The notes: generated by a model from the sequence alone, not told the origin. A DNA stretch of 32,000 bases from Candidatus Saccharibacteria bacterium oral taxon 488 (GCA_010202845.1 CP047921.1:150001-182000), one strand, 5' to 3'. Positions 8,048 to 16,979 are shown, counted from the first letter of the stretch. Numbers and translations are program-made.

Positions 8048-8719
8048 CCCCCCAGAAAGGAACCACCACAATGCTCAAAAACCCAAACCGCCCACCAGCA
8101 CCCTCCCCTGAGTCTCTCGGCCCAGAGGCTGCAACCTCCTCGTCATATTCCCTAGACTCAGACGATCGCTTCAAAGGAAAGCTTAATGCCAGTGACCTCG
8201 ACGCCAAAGCACTCTTTGATCCAGCCCGACGAAAGCAACTGGAAGAAGCTCAACTCGCACAAGATGACTTGGAAGCCTATCTCAACCAACGCCCCGACGA
8301 ATACGGCAAAGATCCAAATGGCAACCTACTTCCATCCGAAGAAGACCTCTATAACCAAACCCTCAACGAAGCACGCCGTGAGCGTGAGGCCACGAGTCTC
8401 ACTGACCTCGCAACCGCTGCCGGAGAAGCCCTTGCTCGTGGCGACAAGACTATGGCTGATGATCTCCAAGACGAGATCCTCCAAAGACTCATTGAACGAG
8501 CCGAAACCTACGATCTAAGCCAAGAAGCCATCGACCAACGTATCCGTCAGCTTACTAAGATCATGGATAACGCCGAAAATGTCGCTAAAGAAAAAGCCAC
8601 CAAAGCAGCCACCCAGCGAACCCTTTCTTTCCCAGCTACACCTCAAGCCCCAGAGTCTGCCCCGGCGACACAGTCCGAGCCAACCCAGACCGTGCCAACA
8701 GCTCCGGTGAAGCCGGTGC
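8048..8719 (+). repeat. Copy 1 of a 672-bp perfect direct repeat (RBS plus first 216 codons)
   Basis: A line-by-line comparison shows identity to 10630-11301 (offset 2582), with no mismatch found. Identity starts in the C-run before the RBS and ends after GTGAAGCCGGTGC. Confidence 0.95.
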
Positions 8720-10227
8720 AGGGGCCAGAAGGAGCTTCGGGTAGTGAAGGGGAAGGGTCTGGAAAAAAAGAGTTGATGAATGAAGCCGTTGGCTTTATGC
8801 GCGACGCGCAAGCAGTTATTAGCAACCCAAATATTGATCCTGTAAGCAAAGCTGCACTGATGCGTGAAGCACGACAGCTGATGAAGAGTCTAAACGACGC
8901 TCTCGACAGTTCGGCTACTGATCCATTGAAAGCTGGCGGACGACCAGCACCGGCGACCAGTGAGAGTGGCGGTGGTCAAGGTGGGCCGGAGAGCGCAGGT
9001 GAGCCATCCGAGGAGGAGCAGAGAATCAAGATGCTGAAGGATCACCGCGGTCGATTAGAGGCCCGGCGACGTGCTTTGCAGAAAGAGTATGATGATCTTA
9101 AAGATAAGGAGAGTGAAAAGGGGCGTCGGCTGCTACATCGTATTGGAATAGTAGATGGTATGATTGATAAGCTTAATAAGCAGCTTGATATATTTGGCGG
9201 CGGTGCTTCAGGCGGACCGGATAATAGTGATCAGTCACGACGGTCTGGCGCTGCGGGACCAGAGGGATCTTCGGGTAATGACGACGGTGAAAGTAGCGGT
9301 GAAGACGATGGCGGTGAAGGCGGTGAGAGTAATAATGAATTGCACGCGGGTGAGTATGAGATGTTGGCTGATTGGGGGGAGACCGTGAATGAACGGGCTC
9401 TATTTGAAGCACATGCTCGTCGAGGGACTATTGATAAGAAAGATAAGAAAGATGGCGAAAACGGCGCTAAGGACGAAGAGACCCTTGCCTATAATAAAAA
9501 GAATGCAGAGGCAGTAAGAGAACGCTGGCGTGACGGTGCAAAGAGATTCGTCGATTATTATTTGAATATCTTTGAGCAATCGCTTGACGAGAATATGAGT
9601 CAACATGATCGTCAAGTAGCTATAGAGCAAAAAAGGAAAGAGCTTGCGCGTGAAGCTTCTATGATGACAATGAACGCGACTGCAGAGCTAGAAGAGACCA
9701 TAGCTCCGAAAAGGGGCAGTATGCGTAAACCGCTGAACTTGGCGGCCAAGGTTGGCCTACTCGGCGTGGTGCTTAATAAGATACCATTTGTTGGACATTT
9801 TGTTAGTGGCGTGGCTGGTGGTGCTCTTGGATTCTTCCATGACATGCATAATGTGAAATACCGTCGCTTGCGTGAAGCAGGCCAGGATAAACGCGGTGTT
9901 GTGACTCAAGCGCGTGCCGATGCAAAGGAGGATATGGTTCGGCTTGACCAAGCTGAGCAAGATCAGACACTTGAAGAAGCTGATAATGTTATCGCTGAAC
10001 GGACGCAGGGAATCCGCCGAGAAAATATAAGACGGCGCGTTGGCAATGTGGCCCTCGGTGTAGCTTCAGGTATTGCTGGCGGCTTCCTCTCGAATCTATT
10101 CCAGGGTCCGGCTGGTGCCGAGGGGCCGCAAGGTCCGACTGGTGTCGAGGGACCTCAAGGCCCGGCAGGCCCACAGGGACCAGTTGCACCACGAGGTCCG
10201 GTAGGTCCACCTCGCGCGGGGGTATAG
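8071..10227 (+). CDS. Large low-complexity protein A: shared N-terminal module, Gly/Ser/Asp/Glu-rich variable region, two glycine-zipper hydrophobic segments and a collagen-like GXY tail
   Basis: Start placed at 8071 (RBS GAAAGGA, same start as the paralog). An upstream ATG at 8032 lies outside the repeat. No signal peptide. C-terminus reads GPAGAEGPQGPTGVEGPQGPAGPQGPV. Confidence 0.8.
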   Translation: MLKNPNRPPAPSPESLGPEAATSSSYSLDSDDRFKGKLNASDLDAKALFDPARRKQLEEAQLAQDDLEAYLNQRPDEYGKDPNGNLLPSEEDLYNQTLNEARREREATSLTDLATAAGEALARGDKTMADDLQDEILQRLIERAETYDLSQEAIDQRIRQLTKIMDNAENVAKEKATKAATQRTLSFPATPQAPESAPATQSEPTQTVPTAPVKPVQGPEGASGSEGEGSGKKELMNEAVGFMRDAQAVISNPNIDPVSKAALMREARQLMKSLNDALDSSATDPLKAGGRPAPATSESGGGQGGPESAGEPSEEEQRIKMLKDHRGRLEARRRALQKEYDDLKDKESEKGRRLLHRIGIVDGMIDKLNKQLDIFGGGASGGPDNSDQSRRSGAAGPEGSSGNDDGESSGEDDGGEGGESNNELHAGEYEMLADWGETVNERALFEAHARRGTIDKKDKKDGENGAKDEETLAYNKKNAEAVRERWRDGAKRFVDYYLNIFEQSLDENMSQHDRQVAIEQKRKELAREASMMTMNATAELEETIAPKRGSMRKPLNLAAKVGLLGVVLNKIPFVGHFVSGVAGGALGFFHDMHNVKYRRLREAGQDKRGVVTQARADAKEDMVRLDQAEQDQTLEEADNVIAERTQGIRRENIRRRVGNVALGVASGIAGGFLSNLFQGPAGAEGPQGPTGVEGPQGPAGPQGPVAPRGPVGPPRAGV

Positions 10228-10272
10228 ATTATAATTGGCAATCAGATAAATATAAATAAGAAAGAGTAAAAT

Positions 10273-10569
10273 ATGGATAATTTATCGTCAGAAAGAATAC
10301 GGGAAGATTTTGGCATAACCGGTAATAACGAGTATGTCGAAAGTGAGATTGACCGTATCTTGCGATCAATCATCAACGCAGTGATAGTGCGGGTAGGTAA
10401 TGAGCTAGACCAGAATCAGTTGGATGAGCTCAATGAAATGACTAATTCTGGCAATCAAGAAGAACTATATAGTTGGTTGAGACATCAGGGGGTTGAAGTT
10501 GGCGATATGTTTATGAGCGTATACAGTGAACTGCTCGGTAATTTTCATGCCTTGACAGAAGATAGTTAG
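10273..10569 (+). CDS. Small acidic helical protein (paralog of 12613..13062)
   Basis: 98 aa, starting 46 nt after protein A. It shares a core with the 149-aa protein (..RVGNELDQNQLDEL.. versus ..RVGERLSQGMTDAQLDEF..). I do not recognise a named family. Confidence 0.65.
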   Translation: MDNLSSERIREDFGITGNNEYVESEIDRILRSIINAVIVRVGNELDQNQLDELNEMTNSGNQEELYSWLRHQGVEVGDMFMSVYSELLGNFHALTEDS

Positions 10570-10579
10570 GGACAGAGTA

Positions 10580-10608
10580 TTGACTTATATATAAATATAT
10601 GATAGCAT
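10580..10608 (+). promoter_or_regulatory. Putative promoter of the second large repeat-headed gene
   Basis: TTGACT (10580-10585), 17 nt, TAGCAT (10603-10608). Confidence 0.5.
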
Positions 10609-10629
10609 GGTAACCGTTAGATTGTAATC

Positions 10630-11301
10630 CCCCCCAGAAAGGAACCACCACAATGCTCAAAAACCCAAACCGCCCACCAGCACCCTCCCCTGAGTCTCTC
10701 GGCCCAGAGGCTGCAACCTCCTCGTCATATTCCCTAGACTCAGACGATCGCTTCAAAGGAAAGCTTAATGCCAGTGACCTCGACGCCAAAGCACTCTTTG
10801 ATCCAGCCCGACGAAAGCAACTGGAAGAAGCTCAACTCGCACAAGATGACTTGGAAGCCTATCTCAACCAACGCCCCGACGAATACGGCAAAGATCCAAA
10901 TGGCAACCTACTTCCATCCGAAGAAGACCTCTATAACCAAACCCTCAACGAAGCACGCCGTGAGCGTGAGGCCACGAGTCTCACTGACCTCGCAACCGCT
11001 GCCGGAGAAGCCCTTGCTCGTGGCGACAAGACTATGGCTGATGATCTCCAAGACGAGATCCTCCAAAGACTCATTGAACGAGCCGAAACCTACGATCTAA
11101 GCCAAGAAGCCATCGACCAACGTATCCGTCAGCTTACTAAGATCATGGATAACGCCGAAAATGTCGCTAAAGAAAAAGCCACCAAAGCAGCCACCCAGCG
11201 AACCCTTTCTTTCCCAGCTACACCTCAAGCCCCAGAGTCTGCCCCGGCGACACAGTCCGAGCCAACCCAGACCGTGCCAACAGCTCCGGTGAAGCCGGTG
11301 C
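10630..11301 (+). repeat. Copy 2 of the 672-bp perfect direct repeat
   Basis: Identical to 8048-8719. Confidence 0.95.
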
Positions 11302-12464
11302 GGCCACGATCACTACTACAAACCCCACCGAAGCCAACCCAGGATGTCTACGACGTTCTTGAGTCATTAAAGGATAGCCAACCTGCTCCCGAACTACCGG
11401 AGGGTGGAGAACCAGGTCTTGGTGAAAATGGCGCCGGCGCCGGCCCGGATCTGGAGGCTCACGCGGCAAAACAAGCTGAATATAAGCGTAAAGTAGACGA
11501 CTATGCGGACGAATCGGAAAAAATATTCGACGGGCGCGAAGAGTTCATCCGATCTCTCCCTGACGAACTTAAAGAGCAGGCTAACAAGGATTTTGACAGG
11601 TTAGCAGATTGGTTCATGGAAATGCTTGCGTCCTGTAGGCGGTTGATGTGGACAGAAGAGGCTCTCGCCAATCCTGCCACATCGGCTGAGAATAGACAGG
11701 CGCTCCTAGAGGAGGAAGAAAAGCTTATTGCTAAGATCGGTGAGATGGAAAATAATAAGCCGGAGATTAAGACGATGGGGCGTCCAGTTTCTGGCGAGGA
11801 CGGAAATGATGACGAGGTATTAGATGTAACTCGTTTGCTGGCGGCTGAAGAGTATAGGAAGAATATGGGCTTTGCTAACTGGTATAGTAATGCCTACAAG
11901 TCAGCTTCTGAAGATGCTTCTCCAGAGAAGCGGTCGCAGCTGCTAATGGTGAGTAAGTGGTATAACAACCGTGGGACTATTTACGCTGGATTAAGGGATA
12001 CGCAATTAGCACTTGCTAATCCCTCAATATCCAGTGATGTGAGACAGGCTCTGATAGGCAAGGAAAGGACACTTATTAACTTGCTTAAAGATTCTGAAAA
12101 CTACAAGCCAAAATACGACCCGTCCTTGGATCTTGCTGTTTATAATAATGGAGAGCCTAATTCACAGTCAGAACAGAATAAGAATGGCGGTGGGGAGCAG
12201 CCGGAAAGTAGTAGCAGTGAGGCGGACAAGAAAAATGTGGAAAAAGGGCGTATGCTTAAGAAGCTTGGTGGATGGCTTATTCGAGTGTTAGCCATCAACG
12301 AACCAACTTCGTCAATAGATACGACCCCGAAGTCATCTGATGGCGCGGGCAATACGGTCGATCAAGAACAACGAGTCAAGGTGAAGGTGTCTCGAAAACA
12401 GCCACCGAACCCAATCCCGAAACGTCAGGTAAGGCGAAAAAGTAGTACAAATGCTACAAACTAA
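10653..12464 (+). CDS. Large low-complexity protein B: same N-terminal module as protein A with a different C-terminal region containing an internal repeat
   Basis: The first 216 aa are identical to protein A. The tail contains a repeated ~35-aa unit (ALANPATSAENRQALLEEEEKLIAKIGEMENNKPE / ALANPSISSDVRQALIGKERTLINLLKDSENYKPK). Confidence 0.85.
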   Translation: MLKNPNRPPAPSPESLGPEAATSSSYSLDSDDRFKGKLNASDLDAKALFDPARRKQLEEAQLAQDDLEAYLNQRPDEYGKDPNGNLLPSEEDLYNQTLNEARREREATSLTDLATAAGEALARGDKTMADDLQDEILQRLIERAETYDLSQEAIDQRIRQLTKIMDNAENVAKEKATKAATQRTLSFPATPQAPESAPATQSEPTQTVPTAPVKPVRPRSLLQTPPKPTQDVYDVLESLKDSQPAPELPEGGEPGLGENGAGAGPDLEAHAAKQAEYKRKVDDYADESEKIFDGREEFIRSLPDELKEQANKDFDRLADWFMEMLASCRRLMWTEEALANPATSAENRQALLEEEEKLIAKIGEMENNKPEIKTMGRPVSGEDGNDDEVLDVTRLLAAEEYRKNMGFANWYSNAYKSASEDASPEKRSQLLMVSKWYNNRGTIYAGLRDTQLALANPSISSDVRQALIGKERTLINLLKDSENYKPKYDPSLDLAVYNNGEPNSQSEQNKNGGGEQPESSSSEADKKNVEKGRMLKKLGGWLIRVLAINEPTSSIDTTPKSSDGAGNTVDQEQRVKVKVSRKQPPNPIPKRQVRRKSSTNATN

Positions 12465-12499
12465 GGTACATTAACCTCGTAGAGGGGACGGTATTACGT

Positions 12500-12533
12500 A
12501 AAAGCCAGTGCTGTTTGTTGGAGCTGGCTTTTA
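12500..12533 (+). terminator. Probable terminator after protein B
   Basis: AAAAGCCAG (12500-12508) / CTGGCTTTT (12524-12532) hairpin. Confidence 0.5.
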
Positions 12534-12551
12534 CTCGTCATAAGCAGTGAG

Positions 12552-12580
12552 TTGGTATAAACATGAAGAATTGATATAAT
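12552..12580 (+). promoter_or_regulatory. Sigma70-like promoter of the 149-aa gene
   Basis: TTGGTA (12552-12557), 17 nt, TATAAT (12575-12580). Confidence 0.6.
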
Positions 12581-12612
12581 AGACAAAAGAGCAGTGAAGC
12601 AAAGGAGACGAT

Positions 12613-13062
12613 ATGTTCCAACTAGACGATAATTTTTTGAAAGAATTAGGACTAGATCAGCTGCCAGATGAGCAGAAGAAGCCGTTTTTGCAGCATATTT
12701 ACAGTGAGTTGGAGCTACGGGTCGGCGAGCGGCTGAGTCAGGGGATGACCGACGCGCAGCTGGATGAGTTTGCGAACATTATCGACAAGGCGCCGGGCGC
12801 GGTAGATGAGTTTCTCGCCAAACACGCACCAAATTACCAGCAGGAGCCAATGTTCCAGCGGCTGGTGCAGGCGACCAAGGCTGATCCGAATAATCCTGGT
12901 CTAAAAGACGAGTTTGCGGCGACGAAGTGGCTGGAGGTAAACCGGCCTGATTATCGCGACGTGGTGGCGGCAACGATGGATGAGCTGAAGAAGGAGATTA
13001 TAACTAACCGCGAGGCTATTTTAGGCGGTATGAGTGCATCCTCGGCGCCGGGGCAAGCTTAG
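12613..13062 (+). CDS. Small helical protein (paralog of 10273..10569)
   Basis: 149 aa, SD AAAGGAG. Shares the LG(L/I)...RVGxxL...QLDE(F/L) core with the 98-aa protein. Confidence 0.7.
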   Translation: MFQLDDNFLKELGLDQLPDEQKKPFLQHIYSELELRVGERLSQGMTDAQLDEFANIIDKAPGAVDEFLAKHAPNYQQEPMFQRLVQATKADPNNPGLKDEFAATKWLEVNRPDYRDVVAATMDELKKEIITNREAILGGMSASSAPGQA

Positions 13063-13092
13063 AGCGAGCTTTAGCTGCCTTAGATCATGAAC

Positions 13093-13968
13093 TTAGCCTT
13101 GATGGCCGCGGAGAAACGCCTCTGCGGCCATTTGTTTGCCGCTCGGGGCAATCAGCTCGAGGACGGCAAGATATCGTCCATCACAGCACTTAACGCTCAG
13201 CGGCGATTCTGGAGCGTCTGAGACGTGAGTTTTGGTAATAATGAGCTCACGGTCATGAATGCGCAGACGACTACGTGGAAAGCCGAGATACGCCCGCACA
13301 TGGGCATCGGCGGCGGCTGCGGTCATTGCCGTCGGGTCAATGAGTGACATATCCTTGGAAAGCAGCTGGCAATACGTGGCATCGGTGTCGTTTTGCGGGG
13401 TCGGCTGGAGCGTACCGGTGAGGATACTTGGCAGCGTGCGCACGAGCAGGTCGCTGCCGGCAGCAAACAGTTCATCATATAGCTGCGGTTTGGTTTCAGT
13501 GCCAGTGAGCGGGTGACGGTGTTGGGTGTAAATTGGGCCAGCGTCCATCTGGGCGTCAAGTTGCATAATGGAGATACCGGTTTCTGAATTTTGGTGTGCA
13601 ATGGCGGCCTCAATGGGCGAAGGGCCACGCCATTTTGGCAGTAGCGAGGGATGGAGATTAATAATACCAGGAGTGAAGAGGTCAATGATTGACTGGGGGA
13701 TAATTTTGCCGTAGGCGACGAGGACGCCAGCGACAGGCTGGAGGGCGGTGATATCGGGGATAATGTCGCGGAGCTTGTTGGGCTGCCAGACGAGGATGCC
13801 ATGTTGGCGGGCAAAGGTCTTGACTGGTGGTTCGGTAAGCTTATGGCCGCGGCCGCTACGCATATCGGGTTTGGTGATGACGGCGTGAATGGCAAATCCT
13901 GCCTCGTAGAGCGCCTTGAGGGTAACTAGACTGTACGCTTCGGTGCCGAAAAAGATGATTGGCGGCAT
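13093..13968 (-). CDS. fmt: Methionyl-tRNA formyltransferase
   Basis: MPPIIFFGTEAYSL.., HPSLLPKWRGPSPI motif. The start is trimmed to the ATG at 13968, 1 nt after the def stop. The longer ORF to 14283 overlaps def. Confidence 0.9.
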   Translation of the reverse strand: MPPIIFFGTEAYSLVTLKALYEAGFAIHAVITKPDMRSGRGHKLTEPPVKTFARQHGILVWQPNKLRDIIPDITALQPVAGVLVAYGKIIPQSIIDLFTPGIINLHPSLLPKWRGPSPIEAAIAHQNSETGISIMQLDAQMDAGPIYTQHRHPLTGTETKPQLYDELFAAGSDLLVRTLPSILTGTLQPTPQNDTDATYCQLLSKDMSLIDPTAMTAAAADAHVRAYLGFPRSRLRIHDRELIITKTHVSDAPESPLSVKCCDGRYLAVLELIAPSGKQMAAEAFLRGHQG

Positions 13969-13969
13969 G

Positions 13970-14545
13970 TTAGTCCCACAGCTGAGCATTATCTTTGATG
14001 TCGGCTTCGTAATCAAGCGGCTGCAATTCACCAGAATCATCGAGCGTGTAAAAAGCGTCGTGCTGGTCGCGGATATGGTCGATAAAGACGACGCCGTTGG
14101 TGTGATCGATCTCGTGCTGGATGACACGGGCGAGGAAACCTTCGGCCTTGAGGCGAATCTCGTTGCCGTCGAGGTCAAGAGCCCTGACGCGGATTTTAGA
14201 ATGACGGGGAACTTTGCCGTAGACGTGCTTGACGCTGAGGCAGCCTTCGAAATCGGCGACAATTTCTCCCTCGTATTTGACAATTTCGGGGTTGATCAGG
14301 GTGGTGAATTCGCGAGTGGCTTTGTCATCAAAGTCGCTGCGGACGATGATGACGCGCTCGAGATGATCAACCTGGATGGCAGCGAGGGCAGCGCTGATTT
14401 CATGAGGGCGAGAATCTTCCCAGTCAAGAGCAGCCGCGATCATGTCGGCTGATAACTGGCGCACCTCGTCAGTGATGACGTGAATTTTAGCTGATTTTTG
14501 GCGGAGATGTGGATTGGGTAGGGCAATAATATCGTCTTTAGTCAT
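13970..14545 (-). CDS. def: Peptide deformylase
   Basis: EGCLSV and QHEIDHTNG metal-binding motifs. Confidence 0.95.
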   Translation of the reverse strand: MTKDDIIALPNPHLRQKSAKIHVITDEVRQLSADMIAAALDWEDSRPHEISAALAAIQVDHLERVIIVRSDFDDKATREFTTLINPEIVKYEGEIVADFEGCLSVKHVYGKVPRHSKIRVRALDLDGNEIRLKAEGFLARVIQHEIDHTNGVVFIDHIRDQHDAFYTLDDSGELQPLDYEADIKDNAQLWD

Positions 14546-14568
14546 TGTGATTATTATAGCACAGGTGG

Positions 14569-16512
14569 TTAGAGGAGGCTGGTTGGGTCGAGCTCAGCCT
14601 GCCAATGAGCGGGTGGTACGAGATCAAGGAGACTGACGAGGTCGCTGCGGCGGGGGCTTTTGAGAATGAGCTGCCAGCGGTACGTGTCGCGGACTCGCTC
14701 ATAAAATGCCGGTGTTGGGCCGAGGATGTGTACGTCGGCTGGGGCAGCTGCTCGCAGTGTCTGGGCAAGCTTTTTGGCGTTGCGGATAGCGGCGGCTTCG
14801 GTTTTGTAGACGCAGGTTAATTTGAGCAGATAGACAAACGGCGGAAATCCAGTAGCGCGTCGTTGGGCGATAGTGCGGGTGTAAAAATCGGTGTAGTTTT
14901 GGGCGAGTCCATCACGGATGGCGGGATGATCCGGCTGAAAGGTCTGGACGATGACGTCGGTGGCATGATGGGAGCGGCCAACGCGGCCAACGACTTGGGC
15001 CAGTAGCTGGAAGGTGCGCTCGCTCGAGGAAAAGTCAGGCAGTGTCAACCCGGCGTCGGCTTGGACGACACCAACAGTGCGTAGGTGCGGTAGATCGAGG
15101 CCCTTGGCGATCACTTGGGTGCCAATGATGATGCCAATTGAACCGTTTTTGAGCTCATCGTAGCGCTTATCAGCTGCGTCGTGGGTACTTGTATCAGCAT
15201 CGAAGCGGGCGATGGTGCTTGCGGGAAAGAGCTTGCGTAATTCTGCCTCAATGCGCTTGGTGCCGAGGCCTTTATGAATGATATCGGCATGACGACACTC
15301 GGGACAACTGGTGGGTACAGGTGCAGCAAACCCACAGATATGACAGAGGAGCCGGTGCTGGTCGGCGTGTAGTGTGAGTGGCACGAAGCAGCGCGGACAG
15401 CCGGCATTCCAGCCGCATTGTTCACATAGGGTGATAGCGGCGGTGCCGCGGCGATTGTGAAAAACGAGGGCTTGATTACCGTCATTCAGCGAGTTAGTGA
15501 TAGACGAGAGCAGCTGGTCGGAGAGAAAGAAATGCTGAGTAAAGTTTGTGCGCTTGGTCATGTCAACCAGCGAGATGCGCGGTTTAACGGCGTCTGAGCG
15601 GGCGGGTGTGGGCATGGTTATGATGGGCCGGCCAGCGGTTTTTGCCAGAAAATAATCGCTGATCGTAGGGGTGGCACTGCCGAGAACGAGCTTGGCTTCA
15701 TGCTGGCGAGCGAGAATAGCCGCAGTACGCAGCGCTGAGTAGCGGGGCGATTGCTCTTGTTTAAAGCTGGGTTCGTGGCATTCATCAACGACGATGAGGC
15801 CCAGTTGCTGGACGGGCATGAACAGGGCCGATCGAGGGCCAATGACGATGAGTGGGTCGCGTGAATTGATAACACTTTGCCAAGTCACGTGCCGCTTGGC
15901 TTCAGTCTGGCGCGAGTGGGTGAGGATAACATTGTCGAAATACCTCGCAAATTCGGTAACAAGCTGTGAGGTGAGGGCAATTTCTGGCACCAGAATAATT
16001 GACGATAAGCCCTCGTCCATTAGCCGCCTGGCGAGCTCGATGTAGACACGCGTCTTGCCAGATCCAGTTACGCCATGTAGCAGCGCGCTACCAGGGAGCA
16101 TGTCGTCAATGGCGGTGACGGCGGCTCTTTGGTCGAGCGTGAGCGCTGTCGTCGGTGGCTGTGAGGCCTGCGGACCGGTGGTGTGTGAGGGCGGGTGACG
16201 GCGCTTTTTCGTTAAACCGCGTGGCAGAATGGTTTGCCAGATGGTCGCGAGATGCGTATGATAATAGCTGCTCATCCACAGAGCCGTTTGGATGAGCGGT
16301 AGCGGCACGGGAGCGTCATCTAAAATCTGGACAATTTCTTTAACCGTAAACTCAGGCTTAACGACTGCTGACATAATGATACCAACACAATGAGCCGAGC
16401 CAACTTCTATAACGACCAGCGCACCGACTGGCAACCGCTCGGGGTGTGCATAGGTAAACGAATGCGCATCGGCACGAATGATCTTGATTGGTGATACCAA
16501 ATAGTAGTGCAT
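14569..16512 (-). CDS. priA: Primosomal protein N' (replication restart helicase PriA)
   Basis: Walker A GVTGSGKT, DECH box, and a Cys-rich zinc-binding insert (CEQCGW..CPRC..CHICG..CPEC). Confidence 0.95.
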   Translation of the reverse strand: MHYYLVSPIKIIRADAHSFTYAHPERLPVGALVVIEVGSAHCVGIIMSAVVKPEFTVKEIVQILDDAPVPLPLIQTALWMSSYYHTHLATIWQTILPRGLTKKRRHPPSHTTGPQASQPPTTALTLDQRAAVTAIDDMLPGSALLHGVTGSGKTRVYIELARRLMDEGLSSIILVPEIALTSQLVTEFARYFDNVILTHSRQTEAKRHVTWQSVINSRDPLIVIGPRSALFMPVQQLGLIVVDECHEPSFKQEQSPRYSALRTAAILARQHEAKLVLGSATPTISDYFLAKTAGRPIITMPTPARSDAVKPRISLVDMTKRTNFTQHFFLSDQLLSSITNSLNDGNQALVFHNRRGTAAITLCEQCGWNAGCPRCFVPLTLHADQHRLLCHICGFAAPVPTSCPECRHADIIHKGLGTKRIEAELRKLFPASTIARFDADTSTHDAADKRYDELKNGSIGIIIGTQVIAKGLDLPHLRTVGVVQADAGLTLPDFSSSERTFQLLAQVVGRVGRSHHATDVIVQTFQPDHPAIRDGLAQNYTDFYTRTIAQRRATGFPPFVYLLKLTCVYKTEAAAIRNAKKLAQTLRAAAPADVHILGPTPAFYERVRDTYRWQLILKSPRRSDLVSLLDLVPPAHWQAELDPTSLL

Positions 16513-16676
16513 GTCTTGCTTTATTATACCGCGCTGGCTGGTTGAATATAATCATGAGCGTTTTAGGGTGTAAGCACGTATGCTGAAGGGTAGGGCGTAT
16601 AATTGTCAAAAAAGCTTGTCGGGTGTTGTAAAATTGTGATACACTGAGTGATAGCGAAAGGGAATATGGGGAGAGA

Positions 16677-16979
16677 ATGCTTGACATTTTTATTACATCA
16701 CGAGTGAGACGCAAAATCGTAGTTGTGTATGCCAAGTATCCTGATTTTCATACGCATGTTCGGGGGCTAGCCAAGCTGATCAAGGAAGATCCGGGTAATA
16801 TTCAGCGCGAGCTCAAGCGGCTGGAGAAAGTTGGTTTCCTGAGGAGTGAGAAGCAAGGCAATTCGCGGGCATACTTTACGAATAAACAATTCCCAATTTT
16901 CAAGGAATTACAGAGTATGGTGATTAAGTCGCAGCAACATGCGGCCCGGCCGAAGCGCGGCTCGGTTGATAGAGATTGA
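16677..16979 (+). CDS. Small winged-helix transcriptional regulator (ArsR/MarR-like fold)
   Basis: 100 aa, ..VRGLAKLIKEDPGNIQRELKRLEKVGFLRSEKQGNSRAYF.. (HTH plus wing). 4-nt overlap with recJ. Confidence 0.6.
   Translation: MLDIFITSRVRRKIVVVYAKYPDFHTHVRGLAKLIKEDPGNIQRELKRLEKVGFLRSEKQGNSRAYFTNKQFPIFKELQSMVIKSQQHAARPKRGSVDRD

Noticed and set aside
8032-8070. Upstream ATG at 8032 as the start of protein A (731-aa version)
   Set aside because: It lies largely outside the repeat and lacks an SD. The paralog starts at the equivalent of 8071, which is preceded by GAAAGGA. This cannot be excluded without N-terminal data.
8186-8518. Duplicated 110-aa alternative-frame ORFs (8186..8518 and 10768..11100) and duplicated minus-strand ORFs (8016..8207, 10511..10789)
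   Set aside because: They are identical only because they lie inside the 672-bp repeat. They are out-of-frame or antisense shadows of the main reading frame.
13969-14283. N-terminal 105-codon extension of the fmt ORF (ORF track 13093..14283)
   Set aside because: The extension is Ser/Thr-rich low-complexity sequence that fully overlaps def in another frame. The canonical Fmt N-terminus (MPPIIFFGT) begins at the ATG at 13968, right after the def stop.
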